Of a DNA stretch of 64,000 nt, positions 11,557 to 23,711 are shown piece by piece. The stretch covers positions 6,861,526-6,925,525 of the forward strand of contig BFEA01000004.1 of NCBI GenBank assembly GCA_003427395.1. Reading direction: 5' to 3'. The notes below the pieces were generated by a model. It searched no databases. It had not been told where the DNA came from and saw only the letters and a program-made list of their open reading frames with translations. The position numbers and the translations under genes are program-made. Each line of letters starts with the position of its first letter. Within the stretch, counting starts at the first letter, position 1. This DNA comes from Chara braunii (Eukaryota; Plantae; Charophyceae).

Positions 11557-12494
11557 CGGGGTAAACTGTTTTCATTGCTAAAATCAATTTGTTTTTACAA
11601 ACATTTGGTTTGTTAATATGGCGTGCACTCTATGGAATGATGCAATTTTTGGTTAAAAAGACCTTGTGGTTTTCTTATAACTAACATTAAAAAACGCCGA
11701 TTTTTTGTCTCTGTTAACCCTTTGTCCGACCGGAGGAGTGGTGGTGTAAAGAGGTTAGTTATTAGATTCATTTTTTTTAATTTTTTTTTTTATGCCCCAT
11801 TATGGCAATTGGCAGTGTGGGCCGTTGGTGGTTAGATTCGGTTGCCAAGTTTTATCTTTTTCATAATTTTGGTTTTTCTTACGATTAGAATCTTAAAAGT
11901 TTCCACAAATATAACTCGGTTTAGGCGCACGACTTAAACCACAGGGGTTGAAGGCCAACCAATTCTACCAAGTCACAGTAAGGGAAACTAGAGACAACAA
12001 AGGCAGCAGGAGGAACGCAGAGCAAGGAAACTGGTGAACACAAATATATAAAAAAATAATAAATAAACGATTGATGAATCACATAAACAAAAGCGAAAGC
12101 AGATGAATGTAGGCAGAAAAGGGTCAAAACATTCACGCACAAACGAGAAACTACCTCTCATAGGCTAGTTGGAAGAAAAAGAGAATCACTGAGCAAAAAG
12201 GGAATGAGGCACGTGATAGGAAAATCAAGCGAAGAGCAATACAAAAAGCGAGGAAATAACATGTACAAAAAAAAAAAGAGGAAAAAGAAGTGAGTCAGTA
12301 TGATGAGGGAAGTAGAAAAAGACGGGAAAGGAGAGGAAAATACGAGGATATCCAAAGCATCTTAGTAGTAGGGTATGAGATTAACCCTTTGCGAGCAAAG
12401 AAATTAAGTTACCATCAGACAGCCTCGACAAACATCTCAAGTATCAACGCATTATTACAAGGACACGGCAAGATAGGTAGGGCTCGTCCTAATC

Positions 12495-12577
<83 letters not shown>

Positions 12578-13206
12578 CCTCTCTTATTCGTGCGTGAAAA
12601 TGACATCATATTTGACAAACGTTTTGCACTTGCTGCTCTGATTCTGACATATACCACAATGAACTTCCGTTATGGTTGTATCATACCGGAAAAGTAGCTT
12701 GCCTCTGTTATTGACATGTTGTATTATCACTATTGTTGTTATTATTATTATAATTCCTTCTTTTTTATTAGTATCGTTATTATAATCATCATTAATTTTG
12801 AACGCAGTCTTTTTCTTCTCTCTGATTCTCTTTTATAAAATCACAGCTAATCTTATTCCTGTCATTTATCCCGTTCCTGATCATGATATTTTGTTTAAAC
12901 ATGAAATTTCTTAATAATTGAGGTTGTACAATTAAATGGCGTACGCCCTCTCCGAGTAATGGAGCAATACCCCCTTTGCCATGTGTGTGTGTGTGTGTGT
13001 GTGTGCATGTGTGTGCGTGTATCTCCATGTGAATGTGTGTGTGGGGGGGGCGGGTGGACCTCCCTCCCACCAATCAATCAATCAATCAAATAAATTAAAA
13101 AATACAAAAAAACGCGTTGAATACACATGTTTGTGTATATATGTGTGTGGATGGAAGGGGGACCCCTACCCCACAACTCAATCAATCATCAATAAAGAGA
13201 AATAGT

Positions 13207-13271
<65 letters not shown>

Positions 13272-16200
13272 TATCATAACACTAACATGCAGAGTTTGTG
13301 TTTTTTTCCTTATATTCAATAATCAATCAATCAATCAATTACGTAGCCGACGATTCAAAGTAAATAATAATAATAATCATTTACGCTAGCAACCAGGCCG
13401 TCTAGGTCACCCTATTTTCCTAGGCGGCCTGATTGTGCTAAGACCAAGCAAGGTCCCAAAAAAAAACAAAAAAACAAAACAAATCCTATCCCAAAAAAAA
13501 AACGATTGTGCAAACATATACACTGAATAACTATTGCCTCAAGGTCACATCGAAATTCTTTACCAAATTTATACTTTTTTTTTTTTGCCTAACCAAATGG
13601 TTTCGAGCCACTCTGTTGGCCTAGATATCAATAAAATAAAAATAAATAAACTTATCCTTTATTTTTAATTATATATTTGGTAAATAATTTCAATGTAGCC
13701 CCTAAGCAAATGTTGTTGTGTTTTTTTTTTTTGCATAACATACAATTTTTTGAAGTTTTTTTTAGATTTTATTTTTTTTTAGGCGCTCGGGTTTAACCAA
13801 ACGCGTCTCCAAACACCACTGAATGTTTGAACATTTTGGTTCAAAAGTTCGGTTGAACCTGAACGCCGACGACCCACACTTAATTTGGACTTTTTTTTTT
13901 TGTCCACACATGGCAGAGTGGCAAAAATGAAAAATGCACCGAATCGACGCAACGATAATTTCATAATAGAATTTGTTTTCCCTTTTATGTTATAAAAAAT
14001 ACAACTTTGTCTACAAATCCTCAAATTTTAAGTTTTTTCTATGATCCATTTTAGCGTGAAAATCATCCAAGTTGCGGCTTTAAAATTGCAAGACAGGATC
14101 TGCCTGTAAGAAACAGTCACCGCCCTTTCGTAAAACCCAACCTTAGCTCACAAGGACATAGGTTTATGGGTGTTGGGAGTAAAGGTGATTCAATTACTTA
14201 CTGATAGTCTTAGAGCATATTCGCCTCCCTCCCCCTTAACAATCTATTTTCTTAGAAAAAATACGAGTGTACATTATTGCAAATCCAAAATGTGCAATTT
14301 TTTGCGTGCAATTACCAACCTATGGTAACCACTATTTTGGAGATCACCACACCCCCCTCCCTCGACAACGTGCATTGAAAAGAGTTTGAATATTATTGAG
14401 GCGACATTCTTTAAAGTGAGCGAACAAAAAATTAAAGCTATATTGACCTGGTTTTGGGGCATTTGCCACAACTTGCTAGTTTAATTTTTTTTTCTTCCCC
14501 TCAATAATTGTTCTTCCCATCCAATATATAAGCAAACAAAAAATTAAAGCTATATTGACCAAGTTTTAGGGCATTTGCCACAACTTGCTAGTTCAATTTT
14601 TTTTATTCCCCTCAATAATTGTTCTTCTCGTCCAATACATACATATATTTTTTAATACTTATACTCATTGATAAATATATAATAACAACTAACTGTTTAT
14701 AATTTTTTTTTTTTGGTTGCAATCATGGTTAAATGCATTCTAAGAGGATGGTCTTCTTCATAAGGCCTCTTCGCATATAGCTACATGAAAATTCATAAAC
14801 TTCTATATCCTTCGTGTTTTCTCCTCCTTAGTCAAAAACACTACTACATTCTTATTCTTTCGTTTTCGAACGTTGACAACCCTGATTAAGTCTCATAAAA
14901 TTTCCGTTCTAAATTTATTTTATCATGTCCGAGAAAAAAAAAAAACACATCAAGGCAAATAGTAGAATATTGGTGCTTCGCTCAACCAGCAAGCCTACTA
15001 TCAGGGAAGGAAAAAAACGAGAAATAAGATAGAAGGTAAGAAAAAACAAAGAATTGATCAGCGAGGGATAATATCTATATAGCATAATGATGCCATATAG
15101 GCTAAAATAGACATTTTCTACCTACATTCCAATCAAGGCCCAATAATAGTTACATTGCAAATGAATTTAAACAAAGGAGATAAGGTGTGAACTCCACTCA
15201 TTGACCTTAGCTCTCCGATTTTTCCTAATGATGCTTGCATGATGTACCATTTAATAATAGTCTTTTCTATGGGTTCATCTAAACTTCCCTAATGTCCAAT
15301 TGCTTCCTTTCTCAATTGCTGCTCTTTCTCATCTTTAGTTGTTACCAGGAATTATGCATGTGCACTTCAATTACTTTAGTTTTGACTCGCATGAAACACA
15401 AATCATACTTGTTTTTTTTTTAAAGGAACATTTGATCCACTAATGATTTCCCCCTCCCCTTTCTCCCCAGTATTTCTCAACCATATAAAAAATCCCATAC
15501 ACAATGCATTATACTCCATTGCCAAGGTTGTAATTTATTCATGGGAGGCAACATATGCTGGGAATCGGACCCTGACGTCCCATATTACATATGCACATCA
15601 TAACTCATGTCAAAGATGCCACTGTGACATTGATTACCCTAAAAAATAAGGAGATGAACTCTCTGGGATTTGTGAAGGATAAAAAAAAACTTTTCCCTGC
15701 ATTCCTTTGTCAGTTTGCCAAAAGTTAAAACTTAATTTATAACAAAGCTTTTAGCCTACCATTTGACAGTCTGATACTATACCAAATTAACCAAACAATT
15801 ATCAGTAAAAAAAAAAGACGTGAATAATTTATAATTCCGATCTTGTAAGAAATGAAGCTTTTAGGTTTATCAAATTCAAGACAAATCGCATGGGCCTTAC
15901 AAAGTTAAACACCTTATTGTATGACTTCAATTACCTTCGGGTTTAGACTGCTTATACCTTTTCCTTCAGAATGTTTAGCTTGAATTGCTTTTCCTTTGGT
16001 TTGTTTACCTAGTTAACTTTTTTCATCATGGATTGCTATATTACTATTCAATCCAATATTGTTAGAATGAACAAGTTTTAAGAACAGTTTCCCCAAATGC
16101 AATCTCTATTAAGATTCACATGCTTTGCCCAAAAGTGTTCTCTTTTACCTACCAACTCGTTCATTTAAGATATCTTATAGGATACCTTGACCTTCACTTT

Positions 16201-16653
16201 ATAATGATATACTATCCTTTCTCCTCAAAATCCCTCGTTTTCAACTTTTTTTTATAGCCTAAGGGTCATTCATGGCTAAGACTTGAATGTTTTAGTTTTT
16301 GATTGTTCTATTCCCAAAGAGGGGTTGCCATATTATCACATACAACAGTGTGGGTATATATTGCTTTGCGATAAATAATTTCCTTCATTTATAAAGCAGG
16401 GAGGGTAAAAATGTCTGTTTTGCGGGTCGTCCCTCATTTCTGTTTTCGATGTGACGTCTTTGCTTTGTGAGGACTCTATGCAATAGCTAATACTTGTCCC
16501 CTTACAATCAGGCGGCTATGAACCTAACCTCTTCACTTGTTTTAAAGCTAGAAGTACCCAAGCAGCTTGGCTATCAAAAATCAACTTGTACTTCCATCTA
16601 AAGAAGAGCGCTTCCAATTATATGGCTAAATCCAATATTGCTAATCCCACTCT

Positions 16654-16832
16654 TTTTTTTTTTTTTTCTAAAAAAAAAGGGCGACGGCTTTGAGATGTCA
16701 TCATTGAGCTGACCGGCCCCAGGCAATTCCGGCAATTCAGAAACATCTGGTTTTATTCATCTAAAACCATCATCTGGATCCGAACTCTGGTCTGCATTTC
16801 AAGTTTCAACAGTTCATGGGTGTTCCCACTGA
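16654..16832 (-). mobile_element. tRNA-derived SINE (family A) with poly(A) tail and TSD
   Basis: Minus strand has A box TAGCTCAGTGG and B-box-like GTTCGGATCC; TSD GCTAATCC(C/T)ACTCT at 16640-16653 and 16833-16846. Confidence 0.75.
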
Positions 16833-17829
16833 GCTAATCCTACTCTCGCTCCGGGTCGAGTAATGAAGTCTCAAACCACCCTACTGACTGTTTTTTCGTC
16901 CTCTCCATTTTTCCTCCTACTCTCGCTTTGGGTTGAGCAATGAAGTCTCTATAATATCGACTTGTACCATAAAGCTTCAAGGGAGGAATTATTAATTACT
17001 GCAACTTTTCAAAATTTTCGAATGTTGGTTGGTTACACCAATGATCATTATCTGCATGTTTAAGCAAAAGGTACTAGTCTGAGCCCCAAACCCTGGGTTG
17101 ATTCATCCGCCGGATGCCTATTTATCTAAGCGGGTGTAAAGGGCCTTACTCCTTCGTGATTGATCCACCATCCCAACATTCAGCTCCCCCAATTTATTGA
17201 CATATTCGGGAATCGAAAAAATGTGTCCATCATTTTCTGAATCTCCTTAGAGTTACTTGGGGAAACATCTAGGGAGAAGCCACTTGTAAAGAGGGAGCAC
17301 ACTAGAATGACCTGCTCTAGGATTAGGGCTACCCTGTTCCTAACCAGATCGTTAATTTTCCCGAGGTTTCATTATCATTATAAATAGGTATGCGGCCAAG
17401 ATGGCCTTTGCCTTGTTGATCTTTGTTAGCGATATTTCTGATGCTAGAATCCGCATTGTAATGCAGGATGAAGGCCAATTTCCTTGAGTTCTTCCATGCG
17501 TTGAATTTCTCTAGATAACGACAAGAAACTCCACCTGCACGCAATGAAACGCTTTTCTAAAATCAGTGACACCAGGTCCGCATCTGCCTTGTTTTGCCTC
17601 ACAAATTCGAGGACCAATATGTTTCTTCCTTCCAAACATCGGCTCCGGTTGTGGTGAATTAACCCCATCACTCCTAGTCTGTTGGAGATCATTATATATA
17701 TAACCGTTAGTTTTTTTTTTTTTTTTTATATAACCGTTAGTAAGGTAATGAGCAATTAATTTCTTATGTTCATCTTCTCCCTTTTTGTTTTATACAGGAG
17801 AGGTAGACCGTAGACCCCTTGGTCCAACT

Positions 17830-18006
17830 TTTTTTTTTTTTTTTCCTTTTAAAAGGGCGACGGTCTTGAGATATTATCATTGAGCTGACCGACCCCAAGC
17901 AATTTATTGGTAGTTGGTTTCAATTGTCAAGTTCCATCAGCTGGATTTGAACACAGGTGTGTATTTCAACAGTTCATGGGTGTAGCCACTGAGCTAGGCT
18001 CTTGGG
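17830..18006 (-). mobile_element. tRNA-derived SINE (family A) with poly(A) tail and TSD
   Basis: A box TAGCTCAGTGG, B box GTTCAAATCC; TSD TGGTCCAACT at 17820-17829 and 18007-18016; similar to 16654-16832. Confidence 0.8.
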
Positions 18007-19295
18007 TGGTCCAACTAAGTCTAATGTAAGACCTCTGCAAAACCTCGTTGCATATTTATTTGGAAATGAGGTTTGGAGAGACAGGGCACAACCAGCCATA
18101 ATTTTGTCCATCCGGCTCCCACAGATGGCTGAAGAGGCGGTGCAACTGTCACATACCTTCGGTATTTGCGGACCTTAAAAGCTGAAACCGACCGGGTAAT
18201 GGCCACGGGATAGAGGTTGAAAGGATTGTGCAATGGGACGCTGGACCAGTTTCCAGCAGGTGCTGCTACCCACCACTCCCTATGCCAAAGACCGGAGCAT
18301 CCAGGGACAGGCCTGCTAGAGAAAGCTGCTCACACCACTCCCTACAGCAAAGCCCAGTCGGGTTTTTCCACAAACAAAAAAGAAAAAAAATACAAAAGAG
18401 ATTTCATTCCTTGTCAGTGATTGATCCACGTTCTCTTTTAGCCTGTCTGATCTGCACGTGTCCAAAGATTGGAGGCATTGATGCGACTTTTCTTACGTTC
18501 TGCGTCCTGTTTGTGAACTTTAGACTTGAAAGAAGTCTCAAGAAAAACTTCCGGCATAGTTTATGCAAAAAAAGTTTGTGTAGACAGGAGGTAATGCAAA
18601 ATTATGAAGCTTTGATAAAACATCTATTACCTCACATCGTGGTTGAATTTATACAAAAAAAGTTTGGGTAGACTGAAAGAGGAGGAGAACATTGTCACTT
18701 CCCATTCATATTTCTTTAGTTTCCCTTTGATTTTTGACCCTTGCCATCAATTTGAAGACGTTTCCTATTTTAAGTATTCTTTGACTAGAATCACTAGATT
18801 TATTGCATCTGTGTAAAATCTGCCACTTAAGGGCCCAACAGTGAGACTAATTAGTTAAAAGGCGTACCTCACCCAGACAGCACACGGGCCCCTCATAAGC
18901 CAGCATTAAACCCAACAATAACACAATGGCTAGAGCACACAACGCAACGCAATTACAATGAAAAGAGTCCACAAAGCAATGATCACCCATGCACAAAATA
19001 TTGACCATGCAAAAGTCTCTTCCATGGCTCTCCTTATCTCACGTCCACAAATAGAACAACAATAATAATATGTTGGCCAGACTTCAATCACTCACCAACC
19101 AATCTGCCCTCTCACCCTGTCATCCTAACCAATACCTAGCTCAATCTACTCTATCTGCTTCAAGCCGGATGGTGCCACCTGTGTCCAAAAAACATAGATA
19201 CAATGTTGGAGCTCGTATGATGAAAATCACCGAGGTGAACTGTTCGCTACTTCACAACATGACCCTCCCTCCTCTAAGTGCCTCTCCTCTCTGAC

Positions 19296-19343
<48 letters not shown>

Positions 19344-19659
19344 CCCCCTCCCCCCCCCCCTGGGCACTGGGTACGACCACTGCCTTGATTAGCCTGAAAT
19401 GGCTACTGCTGTGATAAGCATAAACATTGGGCGCTGAACTTCCTACTCCTCCTAAAACAATGCAGCACCAAACTTGCCCGAATGTGAATGTGTGAGCTGC
19501 TGCTACATGCTTACGTATATGCCAGCCTAGTACTGGTTGGCCGCGGCCTGCTCAGACTCTGAAATTTTCTTGACGGCAGATCCTACTGGTTCCCAACCAC
19601 TACCGACCCTAACTGACTTTGCACGCGTGGTTGAATCTGGCCTTCCAAAAAGCCCCCCT

Positions 19660-20269
19660 TTGGCTTGGCTAGGACGTTGGTTGGATGGCTGGTTGGTTGG
19701 TTGTTTAGTCGGTTGGTCGGTTGGTGCAATGACAGGTGGTTTGTTGGCAGGGTGGTGGCTGGTTGGCAGGTGGGCGGGGTGGTTGGTAGGGTGGTGGGAG
19801 AGTGGGTTGGTGGGACCGGGGGGGGAGGGGGGGTTGGGTTGGTTGATGGGTGGGATGGAGGGTGGGTTGATTGGTGGTTGCGTAGATGTTGGGGTCGGTA
19901 GGTGGTTGGTTGGTTGCTCCATCGGTGGGTGAGGGGTGGGTTGGCAGATGCGCCAGTTGTGGTCACTTAGTGGGTTGGTTGGTGTCAACTTGGTGAGTTC
20001 TTCCGGTGGGTGTGTTGGTGGGTGGGTGGGTGGGTGGGGCACCGTGCGTGTTTTGTGGGTTGTTCGTTTGTTTGTTCGTCGTTTGCCTTTCCTCATCATT
20101 TGTTTGCTTATTTGTTTGTTATTTCATTTGTTTCTGTTTGTTTTCCCTTTTGTTTGTCCATTTGTTTGTTTGTTTGCTTGCTTGTTTTTTGTTTGTCCGT
20201 TTGTTTGTCTGAGTTGAAGTTGTTTGCTTGCTTGTTCTTTGTTTCTCTCTTTCTGTGGCTCACTCACTT

Positions 20270-20337
<68 letters not shown>
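19660..20337. repeat. Low-complexity (GGTT)n / (TTTG)n / (CT)n tract
   Basis: Degenerate tetranucleotide and dinucleotide repeats visible directly. Confidence 0.9.
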
Positions 20338-20340
<3 letters not shown>

Positions 20341-21507
20341 GTCTCCCCCTCTCTCCCTTTTCCAACTCCCACTCTGGAGGTGGCAGAAGCTTCCTCCAGA
20401 GTCTGGACGTTCCTTTCCATGCATTTATTTAATTAAAGAAAAGAACCTGGAGACTCGTTGAATTGAAGGAGAGACACATCGAGAGGTGGTGACAAAAAGC
20501 CCGCATTTGATTTAGAGAAAAGCAGCAGCCGTATGGATAAGAAAATATTCCGAGTGCACGACAACTTTTCTCCTTCCTGCCAAGTTATTGTCAGTGAGTA
20601 CACACACACACACATCTTGTTGAAGACCTGCCTGCTGCAATAGCACTAAAGCCGACCCTGATTTGGAAAACAACATCCTAACACCCCAGATCAGAATCGG
20701 TGGTTGTTGTTATTGTTGTTGTTGTGTACATACTTTACTGTGCCGAACGGATCGTTTCAGATTTGTTCCTGAAGCTCATCTCCCTCTCCTCCCCACCCCC
20801 CCTTCCCAGAAGTTCGGCAATCAGCATCTAGCTAATGTTACAAATACATCATTGCTATGAGAGTCGGTCAAGCTCAGAAAGTAAACTGTGCAGGTGGGGG
20901 GAGAGTAGAAGGAAAGAATGGTACCTTGTGGTTCACGAGTTCAAACCCTCACCTGTACGCGTGTCCCAAATTCTCCCAATCAGATGAGCAACGAAAGGCT
21001 ACGTGTGTCCCAAATTTTTCCAATCAGATGGACTTGCGCCATGTTCTGATCTCAGTGATCTGTCCATCAACATTTCACACCAGTCCCTGGGGAGCGAGAG
21101 GCTAAGGCATGGCAAAAGTCGTCAGACACACATGTCATGCAAAGCCGTTGAATAAAAATCAATCTACGGGCAAATGTGGAAGAGCGACAGAAATAATAGC
21201 ATACAACGAGAGGCTCAACTTGCAATCATCAACAACTTCCAACCACCGGCGGAATATAGGGAATCAGGCTAGAATTTCCAGGGTCAGTGAGGATGCCTCT
21301 CAACAACCCAGCTTTGGGTCGAAACCATGGAATGAGTCTGAGTATATTTCAGCAGCTGCCTAGTGGATGCATCCTTGCAACGAGGGTGCATATTTACCAA
21401 ACGCCCAAGGATAGAAACTCTAGGGGAAAAAAACACTCCAGAAAAATAAGCCGAGGGCAAAACCCGTCCTCAAGGGGAGAAAAGAGTCACATGGCAGCCA
21501 GACACTG

Positions 21508-21850
21508 TATTGTATTATCAATTTATCATCATAGCCATGAATACAGCCATAAACACGTGAGCGGAACTCAGTGTTACAAAGGCGGAAAAATGAACAACAG
21601 TCAAGCGGGAAGACCAAAACAGGAAGACAAACGACAAGGACAGACACACAACAGACAAGACACAAGACACAAGACAAGAAGACAAGATAGAAGAAAGTAG
21701 TCCGAGCACAGGTAGTGCGTTTAAAAAATAATCCAAAACGACCTGCCAGCGGCGAACCTCGCGCGACCGAAAGGTCAACAATCAAAGAATCGTCGCGTAA
21801 TGGGCGTGACCCGACGCCGCGTTTCGGCCGCTCGGCGTCCCCGCCATCTT
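21508..21850 (-). mobile_element. Penelope-like pLTR-type fragment starting in a type I hammerhead core, with 9 bp TSD
   Basis: Flanked by CAGACACTG at 21499-21507 and 21851-21859; minus strand starts (CTG)AAGATGGC...GCCGAAACGCGGCGTCGGGTCAC and ends in AT-rich GATAAATTGATAATACAATA. Confidence 0.55.
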
Positions 21851-22089
21851 CAGACACTGGACTGATGACAAGGGTGCATATTTACCAAACGGCCATGGAT
21901 AGAAACTCTAGAAATAAGCCGAGGGCAAAACCCATCCTCTAGGGGAGATAATGGTCAATGTACACGATTGCCTATGGAACATCCACACTGCCAAAAAACC
22001 GACGAAGGTGAACAAAGAAATGTCACCACAAGACACCGACAGATACAGAAACTACTTAAGAAAGAATTCACGAACCCCCCCCCCCCTCT

Positions 22090-22107
22090 GTCCTTCGGGA
22101 CATTCGT

Positions 22108-22139
<32 letters not shown>

Positions 22140-22172
22140 GACCCCTGCGCAAGCAAGGATGACACGCATAAA
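22090..22172 (+). pseudogene. U6: U6 snRNA retrocopy, 3'-truncated, with poly(A) tail and 18 bp TSD
   Basis: GTCCTTCGGGACATTCGTTAAAATTGGAACGATACAGAGAAGATTAGCATGACCCCTGCGCAAGCAAGGATGACACGCAT then an A run; AAAGAATTCACGAACCCC at 22061-22078 and 22183-22200. Confidence 0.92.
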
Positions 22173-22301
22173 AAAAAAAAAAAAAGAATTCACGAACCCC
22201 AAGGACAAAAACATAAATTTCTACAATAGACGAGAATGTAAATGAACCAACAGATCAGCCCTGTCATGCCAGAAATTTCAGTGTACAGATCAACCCTTAA
22301 T

Positions 22302-22512
22302 TTAGACCCCACCAGTCCATGGCCCCAGGCAGTGTGAGAACCATGAGATGCTCTCTCCGAAAAATTCAGAGGCTAGGGGCAACCGGACCAAAATGGCTGG
22401 AGGCGCCAGCCGATACGAAAACAAAAATGTTACGCTGACATTTCGGCAAAGCTTGGCGCACAGCGGGGAATTCGCCTCGTACAAAAGAGGCTCGTGTCGA
22501 CTGGTGGTTTAA
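22302..22512. mobile_element. MITE of the TTAAACC(A/G)CCAGTAC family
   Basis: Ends ACTGGTGGTTTAA; internal ACCGGACCAAAATGGCTGG is shared with the copies at 28992, 29679 and 48541. Confidence 0.6.
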
Positions 22513-23315
22513 CAAATCCTACATTACTGCAAAGCCACAATTGTGCTGCTTTGAAAAAGCCTAAGTACTGCAAAAGCCACATTTGTGACATTCCTCCACT
22601 CCCAGTAATCCGCCCCCTCCCTCCTCCCTCTTGCTGATACTCCCCACTCCTCAAGACATTCCTCAGCCCTTTTCCTTGTTCAATATATCCTCTTTTTTTT
22701 CCGATCGCCTTCACCCTCAAGACATCCATCAGCCCTTTCCTTTTCAATATATCCCCCGTTTAGATGGCCTCCCCCCTCTCACGACACCCATCAAGCCAGC
22801 CCAGCCTCCCTCTTCCTTCCATTTCCCTAGCAGTCGTGGCCATGTCCTCCCCTTGCGCTTTGTCGAGCATGTCCCTCTTCGGAATCGCCCCTTTGCTAGG
22901 CACCTATTCTACCACACTGAGTAAACTGAGACAAAACATCTCCTCTCGGCAAACAGAAACCCATCTTCTTACCTGTTCCCAGAGAGAAAGAAAAGAAGCA
23001 AAGCTATAAGAGACCGAATGACATAGCCTCATGGGAGATCACCAAATAATCAGTTGGACCGAAAAAAACAAATAACTATCCGCATGAGAACATTCATCGC
23101 TTATCCTGGTGAGCACAACCACCTCAGCCATGGTTCCCGACACTGCAAGGCCTGAAAAGCCTACAGACTCAAAAAAAAAAAAAAAGAGAGGTGCTACCAA
23201 GCAAGGCAGTTAACAGGAAAAATAAATGTCATCACTCATAACCTCAATGATCATCGAGATTGAAAACAAGTTGGAAATAAGTAAAGAACTCCTCCAAAAC
23301 TGAAACAGAACTACA

Positions 23316-23371
<56 letters not shown>

Positions 23372-23461
23372 NNNNNNNNNNNNNNNNNNNNNNNNNNNNN
23401 NNNNNNNNNNNNNNNNNNNNNNNNNNNNNNNNNNNNNNNNNNNNNNNNNNNNNNNNNNNNN

Positions 23462-23525
<64 letters not shown>

Positions 23526-23628
23526 CCTCAGCTAGCTATGTTGAACACAAAACTATGGCTACATGATGATGCTGGAAGAAGAACCTGTTATATATACCAT
23601 AAAGAATTTCCTGCCGACACTGATGCTG

Positions 23629-23711
23629 TCATGCTTGGGACTTGGACTGTCCTTCTCTTGGTGAAGACAAATTTCCCACCGATTGCCTTGATGTCGACCT
23701 CCTCTTCTCTT
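23629..23711 (-). CDS. NPK1: MAPKKK probable last coding exon ([27 protein letters not shown])
   Basis: CAG acceptor in phase 1, matching the previous exon; SSPRE resembles the NPK1 C-terminal SSPKD; ends in TGA. Confidence 0.65.

Noticed and set aside
14700-17700. Possible decayed TE coding sequence (also 53800-55250)
   Set aside because: Only short broken ORFs with no motif I can recognise; needs translated HMM searches.
19527-20461. Long overlapping Pro/Thr- or Gly/Trp-rich ORFs
   Set aside because: Produced by (GGTT)n, (TTTG)n and (CT)n repeats that lack stop codons.
21285-21335. Hammerhead-like GTGAGGATGCC...GGTCGAAACCATGG
   Set aside because: Core C is missing, there is no GUH triplet and no stem I; probably chance.
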